Of a stretch of 64,000 nt of DNA, positions 19,513 to 27,599 are shown piece by piece. Location of the stretch: contig JBAYLE010000001.1 in the NCBI GenBank assembly GCA_041664225.1, forward strand, positions 4,939 through 68,938. The letters are read 5' to 3'. A model generated the notes under the pieces. The model worked only from the letters and a program-made list of their open reading frames with translations, was not told the origin of the DNA and ran no database searches. The DNA is from Parcubacteria group bacterium. Its GTDB lineage: Bacteria; Patescibacteriota; Minisyncoccia; Moranbacterales; UBA2206. The number at the start of each line of letters is the position of its first letter. Within the stretch, counting starts at the first letter, position 1. The position numbers and the translations under genes are program-made.

Positions 19513-19541
19513 AGTATATATCAAAACGGGGAAGTTGTCAA
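19513..19541 (-). promoter_or_regulatory. Near-consensus sigma70 promoter (TTGACA-17-TATACT) driving the 70-aa antisense gene
   Basis: The reverse complement of 19513-19541 reads TTGACAacttccccgttttgataTATACT. Confidence 0.6.
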
Positions 19542-19547
19542 GGCTCC

Positions 19548-19629
19548 TACAAAATTACAAATAAAGTACAAATATACAAATGTGAATTAAAAAATATTTG
19601 TAAATTTGTAAAAGATTTGTAGATTTGTA
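19548..19629. repeat. Long imperfect inverted repeat: four TACAAA units, a 16-nt spacer, then four TTTGTA units (33-nt arms, 26/33 complementary)
   Basis: tacaaaattacaaataaagtacaaatatacaaa ... tttgtaaatttgtaaaagatttgtagatttgta, immediately upstream of atpA. Confidence 0.7.
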
Positions 19630-19660
19630 GGGATCTTAACTAAATTTATTTCACAATTCT

Positions 19661-21235
19661 ATGTCAAACAAGGATTACATTATCGACCAATTGAAAAAAC
19701 AAATTGAAGGCTTTGAGGCCAAGACGAAAACCGAAAAAGTCGGGGTCGTGTTGGAAGTGGGGGACGGCGTGGCGCGAATTTCGGGATTGTCGGACATTAT
19801 GGCTTCGGAGATGGTAGAGTTTATTCCATCACACGAAAAAGAAGCTAAGCCTCTCTCGACCGAAACGACCAAAAGAAGCTTAGCTTCTGAAAGCGTTTAC
19901 GGCGTTGCTCTTAACTTGGAAGAAGACAGAATTGGAGTCGTGGTTTTGGGCGACGACAAAGGCATCAAAGAAGGCGACACGGTCAAAGCCACAGGCAGAA
20001 TTCTTTCTGTGCCGGCCGGAGAGAATATGATCGGCCGAGTCATTGATCCGTTGGGACAAGCGATTGACGGCAAAGGCGAAATCAAGACGGAAAAATTTTA
20101 TCCGATTGAAAAAATCGCGCCGGGTGTTATTACCCGCCAATCAGTCAATCAGCCGGTGCAAACCGGCATCAAGGCCATTGACGCGGCGATTCCGATTGGA
20201 CGCGGGCAGCGCGAACTTATCATTGGCGATCGCCAGACTGGAAAAACCGCCGTGGCGATTGACACGATTATCAACCAAAGAGGCCAGGACATGATTTGCA
20301 TCTATGTTGCCATTGGCCAAAAAGAATCAAAAGTAGCGCGTATTGTGGCGGAACTTTCAAAAAGAGGCGCCATGGATTATACGATCGTGGTAGTGGCGGG
20401 TGCATCTGATCCAGCGGCGTTTTCCTATATCGCTCCGTATTCCGGTTGCGCGATTGGTGAATATTTTATGGATCAGGGCAAAGACGTATTGGTGATTTAT
20501 GATGATTTGTCCAAACACGCTTGGGCGTATCGCCAGATGTCGTTGATTTTGAAACGTCCGCCGGGACGCGAAGCCTATCCGGGAGATATTTTCTATCTGC
20601 ACTCACGTTTGCTTGAAAGAAGTGCGAAACTTAACAAGGATTTTGGCGGGGGATCACTCACAGCTCTCCCCATCATTGAAACACAAGCCGGTGATGTTTC
20701 GGCTTACATTCCGACTAATGTTATTTCCATCACCGATGGACAAATATATCTGGAAGCGGATTTATTTTACAAAGGTATCCGTCCGGCGTTGAATGTTGGA
20801 CTTTCAGTTTCCCGCGTAGGATCAGCCGCGCAGATCAAAGCGATGAAAAAAGTGGCGGGAAAATTACGTTTGGATTTGGCGCAGTTTCGGGAACTTGAAG
20901 CTTTCGCCCAATTTGGATCAGACCTTGATGAAAAAACCCGAATGCAAATTGAAAGAGGAAGGCGAACAGTAGAAATTCTGAAACAAGACCAATATTCACC
21001 GATGGCGGTCGAAAACCAAGTAGCGATTCTTTATGCTTTGACTCAAGGATTTATGGATGACGTGGCGGTGGAAAAAGTGAAAGCTTGGGAAAATGATTTT
21101 CAAAAATTCATGAAGACAGAAGGAAAAGTTGCACTGGCGGCTATCGCGGAAAAGAAAGAGTTGTCTGATGATGTGGTCGCAAAATTGGAAAAAGCTATCA
21201 AAGAGTTTAAAGAAATTTACCAAAACGGGAACTAA
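19661..21235 (+). CDS. atpA: ATP synthase F1 alpha subunit
   Basis: Walker A GDRQTGKT and alpha-type C-terminal domain. Confidence 0.9.
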   Translation: MSNKDYIIDQLKKQIEGFEAKTKTEKVGVVLEVGDGVARISGLSDIMASEMVEFIPSHEKEAKPLSTETTKRSLASESVYGVALNLEEDRIGVVVLGDDKGIKEGDTVKATGRILSVPAGENMIGRVIDPLGQAIDGKGEIKTEKFYPIEKIAPGVITRQSVNQPVQTGIKAIDAAIPIGRGQRELIIGDRQTGKTAVAIDTIINQRGQDMICIYVAIGQKESKVARIVAELSKRGAMDYTIVVVAGASDPAAFSYIAPYSGCAIGEYFMDQGKDVLVIYDDLSKHAWAYRQMSLILKRPPGREAYPGDIFYLHSRLLERSAKLNKDFGGGSLTALPIIETQAGDVSAYIPTNVISITDGQIYLEADLFYKGIRPALNVGLSVSRVGSAAQIKAMKKVAGKLRLDLAQFRELEAFAQFGSDLDEKTRMQIERGRRTVEILKQDQYSPMAVENQVAILYALTQGFMDDVAVEKVKAWENDFQKFMKTEGKVALAAIAEKKELSDDVVAKLEKAIKEFKEIYQNGN

Positions 21236-21241
21236 AAGATT

Positions 21242-22201
21242 ATGGCTTCAAGCAAAGACATTAGGCGTCGAATAAAATCGATCAATAACACCAAAAAAAT
21301 AACCCGCGCGATGGAGATGGTTAGTGCTGCCAAAATGAGAAAAGCAGTAAATTCAGTGTTGGCAATCCGAGCTTATGCTCACAGCGCTTGGAGCGTGCTC
21401 ACCAATCTTGCTCGCGCTTTTTCTGAATACAACGTCGGGCTCTTAGAGAGGCGTCCAGTGAAGGCGGTGCTGATGGTTGTTGTCACATCCAACAAAGGAC
21501 TTTGCGGATCTTTCAATTCAAATATTTCCAAAAAGATTGTTGATCAGATAAAAAATCCGGCTAATTTGAAAATCAACCGGATTGGAAACAAAAGAATAGA
21601 ATCTCCAGTAACCGATGGCGAATTGAAAATTGATTTTATAACCATCGGTAAGAAAGGTGAAGCGTTGGTGCGAAAGCTCGGAAAAAATATTGTAGCTAGT
21701 TTTCCGGAGCTCACATATCTGCCTGGCATTGAAAGCGTGAGAGCCTTGGGTAAAATTGTGATGGATGAATACCTCGCGAAAAAATATGACAAGGTTGTAA
21801 TTGTTTATACTGATTATATTTCCACCATCAACCAGCAGACAAAAATTAGACAGCTTTTGCCGGTTTCAAAAATTGATCTCGAAAAACAAATCGCGGAAAT
21901 GGATCAGATGGCCAAAGAATATGGACTTACTCAGCCGAAAGTGGAATACAAAATTGAACCGAGTCCGGAAATTGTGATTACGCATATTCTGCCGAGACTA
22001 TTGGAAATGCAAGTGTATCACGCGATTTTGGAATCAAACGCGTCCAAGGAATCCGCGCGCATGATTGCGATGCGGAACGCGACCGACGCGGCCGGAGAAA
22101 TGTCAGACGAATTAACATTTGTATATAATCAGTTGCGGCAGATGAAGATCACGCAGGAGATTGCGGAGATTTCGGCTGGAAGGGCGGCGTTGGAAGGATA
22201 G
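21242..22201 (+). CDS. atpG: ATP synthase F1 gamma subunit
   Basis: N-terminus MASSKDIRRRIKSINNTKKITRAMEMVSAAKMRKA and C-terminal helix. Confidence 0.85.
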   Translation: MASSKDIRRRIKSINNTKKITRAMEMVSAAKMRKAVNSVLAIRAYAHSAWSVLTNLARAFSEYNVGLLERRPVKAVLMVVVTSNKGLCGSFNSNISKKIVDQIKNPANLKINRIGNKRIESPVTDGELKIDFITIGKKGEALVRKLGKNIVASFPELTYLPGIESVRALGKIVMDEYLAKKYDKVVIVYTDYISTINQQTKIRQLLPVSKIDLEKQIAEMDQMAKEYGLTQPKVEYKIEPSPEIVITHILPRLLEMQVYHAILESNASKESARMIAMRNATDAAGEMSDELTFVYNQLRQMKITQEIAEISAGRAALEG

Positions 22202-22202
22202 T

Positions 22203-22240
22203 TTTTTAAAAAAAATGCTGGGAATCAATAGACGCCCAGC
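22203..22240 (-). terminator. Rho-independent terminator for the 80-aa antisense gene (gctggg/cccagc stem followed by a T-run on the minus strand)
   Basis: Minus strand reads gctgggcgtctattgattcccagcattttttttaaaaaac. Confidence 0.55.
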
Positions 22241-22261
22241 GAGAGTCCGGAGTCTGATAGG

Positions 22262-22504
22262 CTAATGGCCGTCATCAGTTGCGAACTTCTTAATGTGTGT
22301 TAGTTTGAAAACCCTCATCATGGTATTGTGTGACAGCTGTTCCTTGGTTTCTTTTTTAATTCTCCCAAGGCTCTCCTTGTCAACATATATTATTTCGATA
22401 GGAGCATCCTTATCATCATTGCTTCTAATCTCGATAATATGTGTTGCTGAGCGTGGCAAGCACTCATATCTAATCCCATTCCATTGTACGCTTAACCAAA
22501 CCAT
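22262..22504 (-). CDS. Orphan 80-aa soluble protein antisense to the atp operon (MVWLSVQWNGIRYE...)
   Basis: Preferred start is the ATG preceded by AAAGGAGGTG. The longer ORF-finder start is a TTG lying inside the -10 box. K/E/D-rich composition, unlike the opposite-strand shadow ORF. Confidence 0.5.
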   Translation of the reverse strand: MVWLSVQWNGIRYECLPRSATHIIEIRSNDDKDAPIEIIYVDKESLGRIKKETKEQLSHNTMMRVFKLTHIKKFATDDGH

Positions 22505-22566
22505 CCTTATCCACCTCCTTTGTTTATCCTTGTTATCGCAAAATGTAGGATTTTTACTAACTCTCA

Positions 22567-22595
22567 ATTATACTCCAAACCATCCCAAAAGTCAA
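22567..22595 (-). promoter_or_regulatory. Consensus sigma70 promoter TTGACT-17-TATAAT for the 80-aa antisense gene
   Basis: Reverse complement reads TTGACTtttgggatggtttggagTATAAT. Confidence 0.65.
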
Positions 22596-22644
22596 GCGTT
22601 GAGTTGTGATCAGTAAATATTGCCTAAATTAAGCCAATATTTAG

Positions 22645-24099
<1,455 letters not shown>

Positions 24100-24130
24100 A
24101 TAAAATAATCAAATTAATTTATTAAAAGGT

Positions 24131-24586
24131 ATGATAAATTTATTTCTTGAAACCATATCTGCGGTTGTAGAGAATCTAGAACCTATATTAGTTTTACTAC
24201 TGCCAGTGTTGGTTATTGCGCTTGTATTTTTTTCATTCATTTCTAATTATTTGATTAATAAAATTACAAAGAATATATACAAAAATAATTTTTTATTTGA
24301 TTATTTAGCATGTATCATTTTCCTTGCTGTACTCGTAATTTTTAATAGTATACTGATTATTGTCGCAACTGATGATAATTTAAAAATTTCTTCGGTAATT
24401 ATTATACCAATCGTTTCTGCAATTATTTATTTAATTTTTAAATATTATATTTTAGTAAAAATTGGCAAAAAGACATTTTTAGATATGGCGATTAGCGCAC
24501 TGTTTGATTTCATAGCCATAGCAGCTGGCATTTATATTATAGGATTAATTTTTGATGCAGGAATGTCAGCGGGTGGTTTTGCTTAA
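24131..24586 (+). CDS. Ile/Leu-rich 4-TM membrane protein inserted between atpD and atpC; GC far below that of its neighbours
   Basis: 151-aa ORF, locally about 28% GC versus about 42% in the flanks. No intergenic space to atpC. Confidence 0.5.
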   Translation: MINLFLETISAVVENLEPILVLLLPVLVIALVFFSFISNYLINKITKNIYKNNFLFDYLACIIFLAVLVIFNSILIIVATDDNLKISSVIIIPIVSAIIYLIFKYYILVKIGKKTFLDMAISALFDFIAIAAGIYIIGLIFDAGMSAGGFA

Positions 24587-24593
24587 AAAATTT

Positions 24594-25040
24594 ATGGCAA
24601 ACATGAAAATTAATTTCAAAATTGTTACACCGGAAAAAACTGTTTTTGAGTCTGAAATTGATCAGGCGACTTTGCCAGTGGCGGACGGGGAAGTGACAAT
24701 TCTGCCGAATCATCGAAGTTATATCGCCGCGCTCAAAGCCGGAGAAATTTGCCTCAAAAAAGACGGCGAAGAAATTATTATGGCTACTTCTGGAGGATTT
24801 ATTGAATTTCATGACAATAGTTTGGTGGTGTTGGCTGACACAGCCGAACGCGCGGAAGAAATTGATTTGAAACGCGCGGAGGAGGCTAAAGTCAGAGCTG
24901 AAGAAGCGATGAAACAGAAAGAAAGCATGGACAACGCGGAATATGCGCGCGTGGCCGCGGCGATTGAAAAAGAAATGGCGCGCCTACGAGTAGGCAAAAA
25001 ACATCGCACAAAAAAGGGAATCAACATAAACAATGAATAA
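24594..25040 (+). CDS. atpC: ATP synthase F1 epsilon subunit
   Basis: MKINFKIVTPEKTVFESEIDQATLPV... followed by a C-terminal helical hairpin. Confidence 0.8.
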   Translation: MANMKINFKIVTPEKTVFESEIDQATLPVADGEVTILPNHRSYIAALKAGEICLKKDGEEIIMATSGGFIEFHDNSLVVLADTAERAEEIDLKRAEEAKVRAEEAMKQKESMDNAEYARVAAAIEKEMARLRVGKKHRTKKGININNE

Positions 25041-25043
25041 TTA

Positions 25044-26084
25044 ATGCCGCTATGGAAAATGGAAAATAAAATAAAATCACTCATTGATCTCAATAAAAAA
25101 CACTCAGAATTTTTTTGCAGCCAGAGATTGGAACGTGAATTGTATTTAGCTAAGCATCCGACAAAGGTTGTGGCCTTTAAATGTATGGATGGGCGGATCC
25201 ATATGCCCGCAGTAACACACACTCCCTTGGGAATAATCCGTCCTTACAGAAATATTGGTGGAAAATTTGATCTGGGCTGGCCACTTTTGAATAATTCTTT
25301 TGACAATCTGGTTATGAGCGCAGTTTTCAAAGGCAATCGGGTTTTGGTTTTGGTAACCTATCATTATTCTGAGGGTGACACTCATCAAGGTTGCGCCGGA
25401 TTTCAATATGATTGTGAGGCAGCCAAAGAGTTTACCGACAATTTCAAAAAACAAATCCAGAGAGTTTATGGAGAATCAAACCGGGTAGTTTGTCCGGTTT
25501 TGGTGGGGCTGGAAACTGATAAGGACACCCTGATCCTACATGGCGAAAACGGGGAAGTGTTAGATTTATCTAAAGTTGAAAATAAAGAGGAGGAAAATCT
25601 CAAAGAAAAATTAAGGAACCTGTATCCTAAAATGCCGGGTAGAGTTCTTCTTGATTTTTTGCCTCTGGTTCAGGGGAATATTGAGCACATCGCAGAAATG
25701 AAAGGCAAAAAACCCATAACCCAGCTTCAGCATGGTGAATGGATTTTGGCGGTGGGCAAGGGATTTGACTGGCTGCACACTCCGAATATGGCGTTGATTG
25801 TCGGACCGTATGATCCGAATATCGGCGAACCGATCAAGACCGCGGCCGGCATAATAAAATCGAATATGGATGCTGGCAGAATCGATAAGGGTTTTGTGGT
25901 TTTGTCTTCCGCAGTTTATGCCGATCCGGCTGAAGCAGTACGCAGTAAGGAACGAGCCATGTATTTGGGCAGGCTTACCAGAGAGATTATTGAAAAAAAT
26001 TTCCCAGAAATAGTTAGCTTGATGAATACTCTTACCGTGACGGTAGACGTGAACACGATGAAAATGGAAATCGTAGAACAATGA
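25044..26084 (+). CDS. Beta-carbonic-anhydrase-like protein (CxDxR ... HxxC) with a roughly 180-aa C-terminal extension
   Basis: FKCMDGRIH and YHYSEGDTHQGCAGF supply the Cys/Asp/Arg and His/Cys ligands in beta-CA order and spacing. Confidence 0.4.
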   Translation: MPLWKMENKIKSLIDLNKKHSEFFCSQRLERELYLAKHPTKVVAFKCMDGRIHMPAVTHTPLGIIRPYRNIGGKFDLGWPLLNNSFDNLVMSAVFKGNRVLVLVTYHYSEGDTHQGCAGFQYDCEAAKEFTDNFKKQIQRVYGESNRVVCPVLVGLETDKDTLILHGENGEVLDLSKVENKEEENLKEKLRNLYPKMPGRVLLDFLPLVQGNIEHIAEMKGKKPITQLQHGEWILAVGKGFDWLHTPNMALIVGPYDPNIGEPIKTAAGIIKSNMDAGRIDKGFVVLSSAVYADPAEAVRSKERAMYLGRLTREIIEKNFPEIVSLMNTLTVTVDVNTMKMEIVEQ

Positions 26085-26114
26085 ACAATTCGATCAATTT
26101 TGATATATGGCTGC

Positions 26115-26144
26115 AAGTTCATGTTCTTTGAACTTATTTTTTTT
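26115..26144 (+). terminator. Rho-independent terminator (aagttca/tgaactt stem plus T9)
   Basis: aagttcatgttctttgaacttatttttttt. Confidence 0.65.
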
Positions 26145-26180
26145 ATGCTATAATAAAGGCATAAATTTTAAGTCATAAAT

Positions 26181-27128
26181 ATGGAGCAAAATATACCTAC
26201 TCCAGGCGGGAACAATCGAAAAATAATTTTTATTGTCGTTGGAGTTCTGGTTTTGGCGTTGGCAGTACTAACGGTTTTGAAAAACATGGGCCAAAGCGGG
26301 ACCTCTAGTCTTCCAAGCGGGTCGCTGTCGGGGAATAGCGTGTCTTTTGACAGTCCGGCTCCGAGCATGAAAAGTTCAGGCATGGCCGTCCAAAGAGAAA
26401 CAGCAGCGCCGGTTGCGACAGATGAAAGCGCCGCGGAGATTACGGACAAAAAAATTATCAAAAATGGAAATTTGAGTCTGAAAGTCAACAGCGTTGATGA
26501 CGCAAGCCGCAGAATTTCTGATATCACGAAAACCAATGGCGGAGAAGTTTCTTCGTCCAATTTTTATCAGACGGCAAAAAATGTTAAAAGCGGGACAATC
26601 ACAGTGAAGGTTCCGGTGGCTAATTTTGAAAAAGCTTTCGCGGATTTGAAAAAAGTTGCGACGCTGGTTGTCCAGGAATCAACAACTGGCCAGGATGTGA
26701 CGGAACAATACACAGATTTGCAGGCGCAACTTCGCAATAAGCAAGCGGAAGAACAGTCATTCGCGAAAATTTTGGAGCGATCCGGCACGATTGATGAAAT
26801 TTTGAAAGTAACGCGCGAACTCTCGCGCGTGCGGGGAGAAATCGAAAGACTACAAGGAAGGATTAAATTTATGGATTTGCAGACGGACATGTCAAGCATC
26901 ACGGTAAGTTTGTCGGAAGATGAAAGTATAACTTTTGCCGATTCTTGGCGTCCGTGGCAAGTGGTCAAGGAAACTTTCAATTCGCTGGTAAAAGATGTCC
27001 AGAAATTCATCAATTTTCTGATCGTACTGATTATTCAGGTCATTCCGGTGCTGGTGCTGTATCTTCTGATTTTCTATGTAATTTATAGGATTGGGAAGAA
27101 GGTTTATTTGAAGGTTAAAAACAGATAG
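26181..27128 (+). CDS. DUF4349-like protein with N- and C-terminal TM helices
   Basis: N-terminal TM helix, a Ser-rich linker, a conserved core with a coiled coil, and a C-terminal TM helix. Confidence 0.5.
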   Translation: MEQNIPTPGGNNRKIIFIVVGVLVLALAVLTVLKNMGQSGTSSLPSGSLSGNSVSFDSPAPSMKSSGMAVQRETAAPVATDESAAEITDKKIIKNGNLSLKVNSVDDASRRISDITKTNGGEVSSSNFYQTAKNVKSGTITVKVPVANFEKAFADLKKVATLVVQESTTGQDVTEQYTDLQAQLRNKQAEEQSFAKILERSGTIDEILKVTRELSRVRGEIERLQGRIKFMDLQTDMSSITVSLSEDESITFADSWRPWQVVKETFNSLVKDVQKFINFLIVLIIQVIPVLVLYLLIFYVIYRIGKKVYLKVKNR

Positions 27129-27135
27129 TTTGTCC

Positions 27136-27533
27136 TTACTTTTTCTTTCCGCAAGAAAAAGTAACAAAAAGAACTCTCAGCCGGACAAAATTTCCGACAA
27201 AATTTTTCACTTGCTCGCTAAAATTTATAGGCTCGTGGCGAGCCGGGATAAATTTTTTAACGCTCGCTCCGTTCAAATTTTGGGGAAATTTTGTGGGCTG
27301 AATAATCCTTTTGTTTCTTTAAAAACGCACTTCGCTATGTGCGGTTTTTTATTTTAAAAATTACCGCCGTAACGAAAAAAATGCAGGAAATTGAGTGGAG
27401 CGAACGTTAAGAAATTTTTAGGTCCGCCTCGGGGCAACCAAAAATTTTAGTGAGCGCAGTACTAATTTCCCATTTTTTAGTCTGGCGGCCGCTTTCTTTT
27501 CCGCCACTTTTCTTTTCGGCAAAAGAAAAGTGG
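27136..27533 (+). other. Highly structured 470-bp non-coding region with four strong hairpins and dispersed inverted repeats
   Basis: A 12-bp perfect stem at 27136-27164; ggctcgtggcgagcc at 27230-27244; a stem plus T-run at 27326-27355; a 13-bp perfect stem at 27504-27533. The repeat TTAACG(C/T)TCGCTCC appears at 27258 and, inverted, at 27393. Confidence 0.5.
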
Positions 27534-27599
27534 CAAATCAGTAATCTACTTGAAAATTAGGTAGAAATGGGGTAAAGTAGGGGAGTAAAAGAAAACTTT

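Noticed and set aside
22293-22616. Plus-strand 107-aa ORF in the atpG-atpD gap
   Set aside because: Leu/Ser/Cys-rich composition typical of an antisense shadow. The minus-strand ORF in the same place has protein-like composition plus promoter, SD and terminator.
27130-27357. 75-aa ORF in the structured intergenic region upstream of leuS
   Set aside because: No SD, odd composition, and it spans several hairpins and a terminator-like element. More likely non-coding.
27129-27599. Possible CRISPR array, suggested by repeated CGCTCGCT/aaatttt units
   Set aside because: Repeat units are short and irregularly spaced, some are inverted, and there is no conserved 25-40-nt repeat or regular spacers. 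No cas genes nearby.
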